Notes: generated by a model from the sequence alone, not told the origin. Shown: positions 24,507 through 37,848, counted from the stretch's first letter. The stretch: 64,000 nucleotides of DNA from Utricularia gibba (GCA_002189035.1 NEEC01000017.1:2046001-2110000); one strand, 5' to 3'. A program made the numbers and translations.

Positions 24507-27500
24507 TCACAAGCCTTCTAGTTCAAACAGACTAGCTGGTGGAGAGGGGGGAGGAGGTTGAAAAGGCTGTTTGGTGTTACCTTGATCGAGGAGAGGGGGA
24601 TCAGGAGAGGAAGATGATTCCTCGGGATTTTGACCAGGCTGGGGAGTTGTTGGTGTTGGTACTTCATCGAGAGGTGGCAGCTCTAGTTGCTGGTACTTGG
24701 GTTTATTTTTCTCCAGTAGAAAGTATGTTGTGTAGTACCAGAATAAGAGAATTCTGCATTGAGCTTTCACAGTGTCACTTATTCGACTGTCACCGAATGA
24801 CAGGCGCTCGAGAGCCTGGAAATTGTTGAGGAAAAAACATTCAGGTGAGCAATGCAACTGCATAACCGCACACAGAAAGGGAATGATCATTGGAGCAGAC
24901 ATGCTGCAGATACTACTTACTTGTTCACCGGTTTGGATATCGTAGGAGTTCTGATGATCAAAGTGAAGGCCCTTAAACTCATTGATGCAAAGCCCCTGGA
25001 ATGCCCTGGAAGACAATGGGGCAAAAGATGCAGATCTGAGTTTGTGGCACAGGAAGAAAACAACAGCAGTCTCATCATACAATAGACATAAACTTGTATA
25101 GCCGTACCATCGGATGAGTGAAACACGAGGAATCCACCGGAATACAATTGGTGTGTTGTCAGCATTGACGTAGTAACCTCCAAATACAATGAACACTGTC
25201 ATTAATGAAGGTCCCAAAGCCAAAGCTGCTTCAGTGGTCGGTACCATAGCACCAACTGTTAGGCCCATTGCTGATGCGGCAAAAGACTCTGTGGTTATGA
25301 TTCCACAGAACTTCCCAAATCTAGAAGATGATGATGACCACTCAGTCCTCTAAATAGTGTGCACAAATTCAGCATATGGCATATTTGACCAGTAAAAGGT
25401 AAAGGCCTACCTTGAAATTGTGGGATGGAGGCGAGACATGGGGTACAAGATGGTACCAAAGAGCAAAGGAAATGCTGCTCCAACAGGAATCTCTGCCAAC
25501 AATTTAGACAACAGGTATGGCCCAAGGGAATATGATCCTTTTGTCCTTTCCCTATCAACAATAGCACGTTCCTTTGGAAAGACACCTACTGTCTTTGTGA
25601 GTGCGGCCATAGCAGTGTTTATAGCTGCAACCTGAGTGAAGAGACAAACACAAACACAAACATTAAAAATGGACATGAAGGGAGGAGGTAGGTTAAAACA
25701 GAAGAAGAAAGCTCTTCTACAGATGCGAATTCACTAATCTACTGGCCGCTAAGAAAATGGTTTTGCAGACACCGTGAAGTAGAGAAGGCCCACATCACCA
25801 AAGACAACAAGAAAATGGTGTATCAAGTTCAGATAACAGTGGAAATAGATAGCACTTGAAGACTTTTCTACTAACATTAATTCACTAACAAGACATTTTA
25901 CTCGTCTCCAAGATTATTCAGTTAATCAAAAAGTCAAGAAAGTCTGAATGAACAAAAAATCAAACCCTTGAAACACCTGAAGCAATCCCATTCTATCTTG
26001 TATTGAGGTTTGTAACTTTCCCATCCTCCAGAAGATGGACCCAAATATGAGAGCTGATGCTACAGACATCCTTGTTCGAACCTTGTTGGTTGGGCCATCA
26101 CGAGAAGCCTTTCCATTTGATGGTGAAGAACAAGAGTAGAGAAAACCAGCAAATGAGTGAAGTATATGAGAAATGGAAGCAACAGGGAACATAAAAATGA
26201 CAAAATATGCAGCCATTATAAAGAGTAAGGTATACCTGCATCCATGCCCGTTTGAGAAGTAATAAGAATTGCCTCCACCAGCCAATCTTATGCTTCATGA
26301 TTGTTTTCTTCTTCAACCTCGTGTTTCTCTTAGGGGTAAGTGAAGTTGCAATCAAAGTCGATGGCATTGTTTCAGCGAATGCCTCAATGAGGCCGTTGAT
26401 TCTTTTTTTAGAAGCAATGACACCCTCAGAAGAACCATAGTCTATTGAAATGAGATCAGCCAAAAACTCAGCGGGGTTCACATGGTCAGCACAAATGTAC
26501 CTGCATTTGATTGTAACAGGAACTCTGAACATGTAAGAAGATAAAAAAAAATTTTGTTGAACAGAAACTATGGTGCCATAAATACACCACAGCTCAGAGA
26601 AGCAGTAACAAACCCAAATTTTGAGAAATAATCCAGAACTTCATCACGTGCAGGACCAGCAAAAACAACTGAGCCTTCTGAAAGCAATATGATATCATCA
26701 AATTTGGCATATACCGAGCCTCTTGGCTGGTGTATAGAGCAGATGACGGTATGTCCATCTTGTGCTAGTTGACTTAATGTTTCCATTACTTTTTCAGCCT
26801 GGAAGGCATCAAGTCCTGAAATAGCCGTTACACAGAGGTCAACATGAGCCTGTGTCAGCATCAGTCAAAATAATGAGTACAGAACAATGCAAGAGCTTGG
26901 AATTGGAAAAAAGTACCAATAAGATCCCTTAGAAATCTGTACAATGTAAAGAACATCAAACAGCGGGACAAAAATACTCGACGAGAAAAAAAAGCAATGA
27001 AAAAATCTTGCCTGTTGTAGGCTCATCAGCGAAAATAAGGGATGGACTAGCAATTAGTTCGCATGCCAATGACAACCGTTTCTTTTCACCCCCACTGATT
27101 CCACGGACTTTCGCATCCCCAATTCGGGATTCAGCACAGTTAACCTTTCAACAAATAGCATAACAGTACAATGCATTGGATTACTGATCCAATTAACTAC
27201 GCGAATTTTTGAAAGACATAAGCTATGTGTAGAAGTAAAAATTTACTACAAGTATATTTTACACATTGTAATCGTCCTATCATATTCGTTTTCAGAAACA
27301 AACATTCCCTTACCAGGCCAAGCTTGAACAAAAGATTATTTACATATTCATCTCGTTCGTTGGCCGAAGCTATGCTTGGAAGTTGAAGTTCAGCAGCAAG
27401 GGTCAGTGTTTCTCGAACAGTTAACTGTGAGAAAAAAAGATCCTCCTGTCTAACAAAAGCAGATCTGCGATGGCAGTTTGACAAATAACTCAGATATCCC

Positions 27501-28320
27501 TTCACCAGAACTAATAATCCATTTTCATAAACGACGAAATCACATACTTGTAAGCGCTATCTGTACTTCCATTGACTTCCAACAAGCCAGAGAGGTGCAA
27601 TTTCGCAGATGTCACTAACTGACCTGCAAGAACATTTAGCAAAGTTGTTTTCCCTGATCCTGATGGACCCATAATAGCCAGCAACCTTCCGGGTTTCGCC
27701 TCTCCACTAACATTTTTCAGAAGAAACCGGACCTAACAACCAAAAAATAAGCAGCCATGAGCCACCCTCCTGCATATTTACAGAATACCCAAAAGAAACA
27801 AAAAATCTACCAGAGGTATACACTCCACACCTTAGGATTTCATGATATACTCTTTCCAGTAACAAGCCAGATCAATGCAACAATGAAAGTCAGCAACCAT
27901 TTACACTAACCTACATCTAAATCAACAGCGGTATCTTCAAAATCACGATATCCCGATAAGTCTTACTATCGAATCGAAGAATCAAAAATTTCGGTAACAA
28001 CAGGATGCATTCAATCTAAAAAGAGCAGAAACTTTGGCTCTTCTCAGTAACGCAGCCGCTTGTGCAGTGCACATGTGCGTATAATACGAATCCTCATTCA
28101 CTCACGGATTTAGATGAAGCATCAGAAAGAGAGCAATTGATATTGTCCCACTTAATCGTAACTGGCGCCGCCTTTCCCTTCGCCGGAACTTCATCCTCCT
28201 CATTTGCAGCGGGGGCTTCGTTATCCAACGCCGGCCCGGCCCGGAGAAGAGACAAAACAACAGCGCTGCCGCTGCCGCTGCCAGGAGCTGCCCTACTCCG
28301 TTCCCTCCAATTTTCAACAT
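24507..28320 (-). CDS. ABCG7: ABC transporter G family member 7 (half-size), multi-exon, with an apparent 1-nt frameshift near 28240
   Basis: N-terminus [18 protein letters not shown], Walker A GPSGSGKT, signature ISGGEKKRL, Walker [11 protein letters not shown] domain [13 protein letters not shown] and [12 protein letters not shown]. Confidence 0.95.
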
Positions 28321-29338
28321 CACCACAGCTCTGGGTGTTCCCCTGTCCCCTCCCGGATAAAATTCATTCTCTAGTGACACGTGTTCCGGTGAAAATAAAT
28401 ACATGATCAATTCCACCGGTCGGCTCAACGGCTCGCAAGCCTGGCCGGCCCATACCGGCTCAAAAAGGTTGCTCCTTTAGAAGCAAGACCTTGCCTTGAG
28501 GTCCTATGGGAAAACTAGAATCAAGCGTGGATCACGAAAAGCTACACTATGTTCATGGGAAAGATACTTTTTAGAGTTAAATGTGGAGTAATGAATTATT
28601 CATGAAGTGTCTATCTCAAAGCCGACAAGCTTTCTCATGGTCTGTATCATGATTCCTCACACGAATCGCCCTGGGTCGCAGAAAAATCTTGGATTGATCA
28701 TCTTCAGGATATTTTTGATAAGTTTAAAGATCAACTCTTTGTTTTAAAATGACACCGGAAACTTGTTAGAGAACATTTTCATTTCTCCAAATTTTCCATC
28801 TCATTGTTGGCTTCTTCTTTGGATTCACGTCCCAGAAAATGCCTTTTTCTTTGATTCTGCCTTTATTTCAAGTGAAAACATAAGCTTCATTTTTATTACT
28901 CCAACGGGTAGAAATGAACGGATGATAGTGAATATCATAGGAAATGCACGGATGAAAAAAGAAATATGGAATGGCCTGTCATGTCACTCTTTCTGCGTAG
29001 TGTTTTTTCGGGTCCCCCGAGGAGACCCAGAAAGAATTCTTACTCTCACGGTCCCCATTTGAATCTTCAAGTACCTTAAACTTTTGTATATATATTTCAT
29101 CTTCTTGCTTTTCTTTTACTGCTTGCTTCTGTTTCTGTGTGTGAGTTTTACTCTTCCTGTCTTTATATTTCACTGCTGTGTTTGTAGAATCCTTCCTCCC
29201 ATGTTTTTTGTTTGAGTTTGTCTTCAAAAAAAAAGGGAGCAAAATGAACATTTTTTTTTTGTTTGGGAGAAGATTTGTTAACTGGGTTTGTTTTCATTGG
29301 GGTAGATCTTTTGTAATCTTGAGCCGGGGCAAGAGAAG

Positions 29339-30643
29339 ATGACTAAAGATGAGGACTTTAAGCTTCTCAAGATCCAGGTGGTTTTGCAATTATTTCTCTA
29401 GTTGCATCTACTTGACAAATGTGGAGCCATTTTTCTCTTCTTGTATTGGTGATTGAATTTTTTTTCATGTTTTTCTTTTTCTTCTGCCATTTTGCTCTGT
29501 GCAGACGTGCGTTCTTAAGGTGAATGTACATTGTGATGGGTGCAAGCTGAAAGTGAAGAAAGTGCTTCAGAAAATTGAAGGTTTCATGCTTTTTACTGCT
29601 GTTAACTTTCAATCTGCTGGGTTAGTTTCTCTTATTTTCACGTGTGAGCATTCTTGGGTACCTTTCATCTTTGAACTGTGTGGTTTTTTTTTTAACCTGG
29701 ATTAGCTTAAAAATGTGGACGGTCAAAGTTTTGGTGCAATTGATTGCTGCGGTGCTATCTCTGATTTTGGATTCTTGAACCTTCAGGAGTTTATCAAGTT
29801 ACTGTTGATTATGAACAGCAAAAGGTTACTGTTTCTGGGAGTGTAGATCCTGCAACTCTGATCAAGAAACTTGTTAGAGCTGGGAAACATGCTGAGCTCT
29901 GGTCCCAGAAAACAAGCCCAAACCAGAAGCAGAAACCTCCTTGCATCAAGGATGATAAAACTAAGAACAGTAGAGTGCAGAAACCAAATCAAGTGAAAGC
30001 TCTTGAATCTGGGAAAAATAAGCAGAGGCCTTCTCTTGTATCCGAAGAGGATGATTCCAGCCTTGATGAGGAGGAAGAATTCGATGAAGAGAAGGAGATG
30101 CAACAGCTTTTTAGGGAGAAGTTGTGTCAGATGTTCAAGCAGCAAGCTGAAGCTGCAAAGAAAGGTGCTGGAGCCAAGAATGCTGCAAATGGAGGTGGTA
30201 ATAACAGTGACATTGGAGGTAAAAAAGCTGCTCCCAACTCTGGTGGGGTTGATCCAAAAAGCTCGGCCAATTCAGAGATGAATCATGTCCCACAATTTGG
30301 CGGAGTGAATCATGGAAATGACATCAACACAATGATGAATTCAGCTGGTTTTCATGGAAACAAAGGAAGCTCCAACAATATGTTGCACATTCCTGGAGGA
30401 TTTCAAATGGCAACAGGGCAGTACCCTTCAGCTTCAAACATGAATGGCTATCATCCACACAACAATCCGATGTTCAATCTCCAGAACCGGCAGCAGCCTC
30501 AGATGATGTACAACAGGTCTGCTTTCCTTCCTCCCACCACAGGCTATTACCACAACTACTGCACTATCCCCTCCAGTGGAGGTGATCATTCAGCCGCTTA
30601 TATGTTCAGCGATGAGAACACCAGCAGCTGCTCCATCATGTGA
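29339..30643 (+). CDS. Heavy-metal-associated isoprenylated plant protein (HIPP), 3 exons
   Basis: [13 protein letters not shown] / [26 protein letters not shown] (HMA CxxC) / Gly-Asn-rich tail ending in the CaaX motif CSIM*. Confidence 0.93.
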
Positions 30644-32352
30644 TCAAGATGCAAGTTGGGGAACTTGTCAACTCTTATGTTTTGTCCACTTCTCTGAGTT
30701 GGCATTGTAATGGTCATTTATCTCTATGTTCTCTCACTTGCGTGCTCTGAACACCCTGTTTTTCCTTCTGTACTTTTCTAATGGCTGCTGTCATCCTTGA
30801 TTTGACTGAGTCAGTCACATGACAATGGAAAAGTGGCCAGTTAAAAAATTTTGCGTGCGAAAGAGAGGAGGGTGGCCAGCGAACTGCAAACACAGCAACA
30901 CACTGAAGAATCCGACTGAAATCAATGAAATGTGTACCAACTAATCAGCAACACACAAAACAACAAACTCACTAACCAACAACCAAACTAATCAATTTTC
31001 TAAGGAACCAACAATTTTCTACCACCTGCACATGTAACGCAGCTAGGTGCCCTTCTACCCCACCTACCTCTGCACACTGCATTTTCAGTGATCCCTCCAC
31101 CTATCTCTCTAGTTTCACTACGATTCTACCTTTTAGGGAATACTGAACTAACCATTTTACTTTTTATTCAAAACACAAAACCAACAAAAAAAAAAAATTG
31201 TTGTGGAATCAGCCAAGGAAGATGGTAGCCTGGTAGGTGTGGCTTGAGTGAGTCTGGTGGTAGATGGAGAGGATGATGAAGGAGATATTTAATCAGTGTA
31301 GATTATTTAGAAAACAAAATATTAAATACTATGGTGAAAAAATTTGTTATAATTTATCAAGTGTTGTGAGATTAGTCTGCAAATGCAGTCTCATAATATT
31401 AATCACATATGTTTAGGGAATATTCAAATTCAAATCTTAACGTATGATAAGAATGAAATCTTAATTAGACTCTTGCATGTAGCATAGAACATTGCAAATC
31501 TAATTCATATAATTCATTCAGAAACATTGGCATAATCAGGATTGAGATCAATAATATCATTTATATTTTTATATCAATATTTATATTCTTTTAAAAATTA
31601 TAATTTATATTTATATTTATAATAACAAATTTAGTGGTACATGTAGCAATTTTTTTTTTTTTTGAATGGTGTCATATGACACCCCTCCCTACCATGTACC
31701 TCCACCCCTCAAACTATAAAACATAATGAAACTTCATCTATTAATCACTCTTGATGCTCAATAATCATTTCAAGTTCTGCTTGTTTCTATTTTAATGTTT
31801 AAAAAAGATATCACACTTGAAATAATTCCAAGTACAAACAAATATCTGTGATAAAAAAAAATAGTATAATGCTTCTTGTTTTTAAAAAGCTATAAGTTTG
31901 TAACTTTTGTTTATTGGAAGGGCTTTGTTCTTCATTCCTTGTCAACATAATAATATAGAAGAGTTCACTTACCATTTATTCTCTATCACAATTAAGATAT
32001 AATCTACGTTTCTTGTATATTTAAGTTTCATACACATTATATTCTTGATTTTAATATCGGGGACCCCGGTCTTCAGATTCCATACATTTTTCTAAGATGT
32101 TTAGACATAAAAAAAAACCAGGTTGTGACATTATCGAATGGGCTAAACTTGATGGGGCCAGAAAACAGTTACCGCAAGGTGTCTCTTCTGGTTTTTTTAC
32201 AAGAATAGTAGGGTTGTTGTATGGCATGAACGTGGTTCTTTTGTCTCCCCCAATATTCCTCACCAGCCAGTCAACCTTCCACACTCCACCCATCACTCCA
32301 CCTGCTCTTCTTTCCCCTGAGCTGCTGCCATGACTGCCACTCCGAGGTTGTC

Positions 32353-32360
32353 TATAAATA
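32353..32360 (+). promoter_or_regulatory. TATA box of the MIR858 primary transcript
   Basis: TATAAATA about 170 nt upstream of the hairpin, followed by a pyrimidine-rich initiator-like region. Confidence 0.6.
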
Positions 32361-32523
32361 CACATTCACTTCCCGTCCCTTCCTTCAATCCTCTTCTTCT
32401 GTCTGGTTGCCATCTTCCCAGATGCCAATGCCGAGGAAAACAACTAAAGAAAAGCGAAGCAGCAGGTAAAGGAGAGTGGCTTCTCTGCGGGGCTCGTTGA
32501 GGGAGCAGTCTGGCTTGTGGTTC

Positions 32524-32606
32524 GCCTTCGGTTCGTTGTCTGTTCGACCTGATGATCGTCCCGGAACCTTTGATCACTCAGGTCGATCGGACGACGAATC
32601 TAAAGC
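32524..32606 (+). ncRNA. MIR858: microRNA precursor MIR858
   Basis: Mature TTCGTTGTCTGTTCGACCTGA at 32532-32552 matches the recalled miR858 sequence. It pairs with TCAGGTCGATCGGACGACGAA (32578-32598): 18 Watson-Crick pairs, 2 G:U, 1 mismatch. The stem extends through TGATC/GATCA. Confidence 0.93.
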
Positions 32607-35506
32607 ATCGTAAGCCGAGGACTGCTGGCTTGCCGAGCCACTGTATGGAAGCCGCGATCCGTTTTAGGCATCAACGCCTCGATGGTGACGGGCTTCTGCG
32701 AATCGGGGCCAGCCCCAGATATGCTGACAGGAAGATAAGCCCACCGTAGGGGCGATACTAATCCAATCCATCACTTGATAACCTCTGCATCGGTTTTGGA
32801 GATAAGCCCAACGCCTAAATTTTTAACTGATGGTTTCTGATTGAATCAACTGAAACCCTAAAATTGATTTAGGGTTTTGATCAACTTTTAAATATGGACA
32901 ATACCTATTTATCAATCAATTTAATTGATCCAATACTTACGTTTTTAATTAATTTAAGATGAATCTCAAATCGATTATAAATGGGAAATAAAAAAATATT
33001 GATTAAAATGATGGTGTTAAATCTTGTATGAAGTATTTTTTCGAATATGAAAAACCTTGATTGATAGAAATTCCAAGAGTAAGTGATAAAAAGAAACGTA
33101 AAATCGTAAGAATTGATAACTAAAATGACGTATAAAGTATAAACCGAAAGTGAGGAGTATGAGAGGAGAGATGAGGGGAAACGGACAATGGAGGGCGACA
33201 AGGGAGAGCCCGCAACTGGAACATGATTCTGTTTGGCAGCGTATGTGGTGTCGCGATAAGGCAAGGGCGGGCCCCCGCCACCATGTCTTGACAGCAACAC
33301 ATACCTAAACCACCATACAACAAGTGGAGTTAAGAGCAGTATCATCGCTGTCCTCCCACTTCCAGCCATGCCCCCATTCCGGACCCCAATCCCGACCCGA
33401 CCCGACCCGCATGCAAGGCAAGGCAAGGAACACACGCTTGGTTTCAAGGAGAGGAGGGGGTGGACGCTATGGAGAGATGGATTAGAAATCTGACCATGTA
33501 TCAAATATTGTGTTATAAAAATTGAGTGAAGATTGTCGGTGTCAGATCAATATAAAGAATTTAATTTTCAAGTTTCAAAATTAGTCATAGGCCTTTTAAT
33601 TTACATTTTTTGTAAACACTTTATACTTCAACTTATAAAATTACATATTTAACACTTCATGTTTGAGTTTTCGTTGAACTATTTTGACAATTGTTTTGGT
33701 ATTTTTTTTATATATTTAACCTCTCATTTTTAATTTATCATTTCTGGGTATTCGTTGCATATTTAATTTCTCATGTTTGATTCAATTTTTAAAAATTTTG
33801 AAAATTGTTTGGGTTTTCGTTAAATGGTTTTAATAACTTGGGTTGTCTTTTTTGTAATTTTAAAACTTGGGAGTTAGATATTTTATATTAACTGAAACTT
33901 GAGGTGTTATTTTTACAATTTTCTATATAAAAATTATTATGTATACTGTAAATTTTTTTAACTGGATGTTTATTACATAGTGTATGAACAGCCATTTTTG
34001 TAAAGGATACTAGGTATGGGTAAAGTCAAGGAAGTGAAAAAAGTAGATTCTGTGGGTGTGGACCCTGGACCCTGGACCCCCTCCTCCTAGTTGAGGAATT
34101 GGGATCATATATAATTATTCCAAGTATCGGGAGGGAATGCCACGCCCTCTCAAGTGTCCGACACGCCAAGTTGAAAAGATATCCATGACTGATTCCTCCA
34201 TCCATCCCAACACATGGCGTGGGGGCATCGGGTCGGGGATGAACCGCATTACACCTCACAGCTGGCCGCGACGGGCCCCTTCCCCTGTATTCACGCCGTG
34301 GCCTCGGCCCGGCGGCTCCCCGCAACCACCACCTGACGCGCCCCAGCAGCAGGTCTCTGGCTACACCGGCCAGTCCATGGGCTGACCATTCTTCATATAT
34401 GTGTAACCAATCATTGTTAGTTGTGTATTCATGGTGACACTCGGGCACCCGCATGCCACCTTAGAGATGTGCCCAAATGGAATTGATCTTAGTGGAATGA
34501 TGCGCACGGGGTAATGCAATTTACCAGCACCTTCCATGAAAGTGAGTAATTAGTTACCGTATCCTACATTAATTATGGAAAGATAATGAATGTGTTTAAA
34601 TAAAGGTACCCATTTAATCTTCCATGAGATTCTGTTATAAGAAGTTTAAAGTTAAGTATATTAGATTGGAATAAAGTTAGTATCAGTGATCTTCTGGAAA
34701 AATAACTCAAAGATAATAACAACGTTAAATTATATAAATTGAAAATTCTAAATGAATAATATTGTATAAGATGAACACGAGTCGTTACACAGTACATGCT
34801 CACAAGCACTCAGATTGCATCATATCTACCATGTCCCTTCCACTTTGCCTCGCATACAATTAGGAATCCATGTTGAAGCTCAATCTAGGAGGGCAAATAA
34901 TTTCAAATATTAAAGTTCAACGTAAAGGGAATAAAGACCAATCGTGTAAATAAAATTTAATTTTAATAATAGTCTATTAAATATCAACGTTAATAATTCC
35001 TTTTTTTTTAATAGGAAGGCGGGAGCCATAAGCAAGAACCGTCACTGCACACAAAGTTGTAGGCATGTACTAGTCCATAGTAAAATCCGGAGGACGTGTT
35101 GTTCCCCTCCAAAACGCCGTCGTATTGAATATGATGTTTCCCCAAAAGATAACATTAAAATCATTCAGCCCTAATCTATTTCGGTGCTGAATGTGCGTAC
35201 CTACTTGTATATTATAATATATTTTGTGTGTCAGTAACCACCTCTTCTTTCTTTCTATTCACTGAAAATTGAATGTCCACAGACAGTTGAATTTATAGAA
35301 GACAGACAGGAAAAAAACAGCAATATATTTCATAAAATAGATGAATTTAAAGGAGGAATTAATAAAGCCATGCCATTAACCAGCTAGAGTCTAGAGATCA
35401 GGAAACACAGAAGAGACATGAAGACCAACCAGATATTTGAGCTCCCATTGTGGTTGGGGGATGATATCACATGAGATCGTGTCCCTGTTAGTTTCTGCTG
35501 GAATTC

Positions 35507-37848
35507 TTACAGTCCCAGGAGAATGTAGTACACCAAAGTGATGGGTAGGGCGATCAGCATTCCGAATATGACCCTGATGAAAGCAAACAAACAGATGAAG
35601 GATTTGAGCATCCAGAACTTGTCATCTGATATTGTGACTTTTTCTTACGCGGTGCTGAGAATGGCAGGGTGAACGTTGTACTCTTTGGCGAACACGAACG
35701 GGACGATCCCTTGGGGAAGCGCGGCTTGGACGATGGCCACACGGAGGAGGGTGCCACGGAGTCCCACGGCAATGGAGGAGATGGCCATGACGGCGGGACC
35801 GGTGAGGAACCTGATGGCCATGGCGAATACGGCCATCTTGTTGCCGCAGGCGATGATGTTAGGCTGAAGGGCCATGAAAAGACCTGCCCAAAAGGAAACA
35901 TACACCAAGCAATTACTGCTGCAGTTCCGGTCAATTAACCCCCAACCACCTCAGACGGGGGGCTGGGTGTGGGACCCATGTAGACTGATTGACAGTTAGG
36001 GGAGTGGGAACTTTCAGAGAGAAAAAAATGGCCGGCCGGCCGTGATTAATCTATGTCACGGACCTAGACTGAACATGGCCATTCCGAGGCCGGCGTCGGA
36101 GAGGATGGAGATTGATTTCTCTACTATTCTGGGCATGTGGACATTCCACCTGCATAAAGCCAACTTATGTTAATAGTGTTGGAAAACGAGAGAGATTGTG
36201 TTTGATGTCTTGTACCAAGAGAGAGAGTAAATTACCGAAACGCGACTAGTGACCAAATTAAGCCAATGAGGCTGGAGTATGTGTTGGGGTTGCGGATGAG
36301 CTTACGCCAAACCATTATCAGGATGAGGCGAGTCATTACACTGCCCGGTGGCATGTGGTTTCGGGTAATGGGGTCATCCCCGCCGCCGGTTTTCCGGTCA
36401 TGTTCCGTGGTGGTGGAAGTGGAGCCCATTTTGGAAGTCCCGATGGGGATTTCTTTGTCTTTATGTTCCTCGGGCTGCCGCTTCGCGAAGCTGAAGTCAT
36501 CATGGTGAGTTTCTCCGGCGGCTGAGGAAAGCGGTGAATGAGGGAAAAGGGATGATTAAGAGAAATGAATTACAGAGTTGTTGTTACCTTTGGTTTCTCC
36601 ATTATGGCGATGGTCGTTAGCCAGCAATCTGATCTCCTTTGCGCCTTGATCAGATCTCCCCGGTTGTTCAAACTCAGGAACGTTGAAAACATGCAGGCCG
36701 CCGCCGGTGGCAGCTTCAGAAGCAGGGGAAGCGCTTGAACTCCATACGAACATGTGAAGCTCCTTAGCATCGTGATTAGATTTCGCGATCTGTTGAGGCT
36801 GCTGAGATTTCACGGGCTTTGGCGGCGCACCGGAGGAGATTCCGGGATTCGGTGCAGGATACGAAGTCACCGATGGCGCCGCGTAGTAACCAAATTTCGG
36901 GGAATTCGTTACCGCCGGCGCCGCCGGAGCAGAACTTTCCTCGAAATTCGACGGCCGTGGAGTCGGCCCACGCGATGATTGCACAGAGTACATATCGGCA
37001 GCATTGAAATTTGACAATCTTCCCGTATCGGAGTTGCCGAAATTCGACAATCTTCCGGGGAACCCCATCATCGAATAGAAATCCCCTGGGTTAAAATTCG
37101 AACCCCGCGGCGTCGCATTCCGCGAAGAACTCAAGCTGTAAATTTCAGCCCCGGTCAAATTCGACGGCCGGGGCGTAATCCCATGGATAGATCCATGCCC
37201 TAGAGATCTCCTCGAAGCATTCGATTTCCTCACTGTAACGTGAAGCTTGCCGTCGCTCCCAATCTCCGCGTCGGTTTCCAGAAAATCCTGGCCGTCGAGT
37301 GAAACGACATCGGAATCAACTTTAAACGACACAATCGACGCGGCCGTCTCCGGGAACTGCTCCGATATCAGCATTTTCGCACCACGGTACTCAAACAAGA
37401 AGAGCAAAAGCGTGTACCATATGATACACTGCAGCACCACGATCTGAACCATAAGGCTGCCAGAATATTCTCCGTACATAGCGATCAGCAACGGAATCCC
37501 CATCACCAGAGTGTTGGGCAGCGTGGCGAGGGAGAAAACGGTAATCGACCATTCTAGGTTCCCTCTTCTACTGAAATTCCCCCAAATCAACAGCAGGAAA
37601 AGCATGATCAATTTCTGAACAGTGTCCGCAGCTATGAACCTAAAATTCATCTCATAGATATTGTTCTGGGAAATGAAATGGAAGGACAGGAGCGGCACCG
37701 CAAAGATTGCCACGAAGCGGTTGATTCCGGAGCACTGATCCGGAGTGAAGATCTTCCACCATCGCACCGAGCCGTAGGCCAGTATCATGGCGACGTACAG
37801 AGGAATCACCGCCGTTAGTACGACGTACAGATCGTGCAAAGTAATCAT
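35507..37848 (-). CDS. PIN3: Long PIN auxin efflux carrier, PIN3/4/7 clade, 5 exons
   Basis: [37 protein letters not shown] phosphomotifs, [17 protein letters not shown], and C-terminal [16 protein letters not shown]...VYYILLGL*. Confidence 0.95.

Noticed and set aside
31210-31230. CAGCCAAGGA, the start of miR169
   Set aside because: Only 10 nt match and no precursor fold.
32775-32795. miR162-like string TTGATAACCTCTGCATCGG
   Set aside because: Several differences from TCGATAAACCTCTGCATCCAG and no complementary star arm nearby.
32905-33504. 199-aa minus-strand ORF
   Set aside because: Runs through low-complexity AT-rich DNA, with no domain or splice support.
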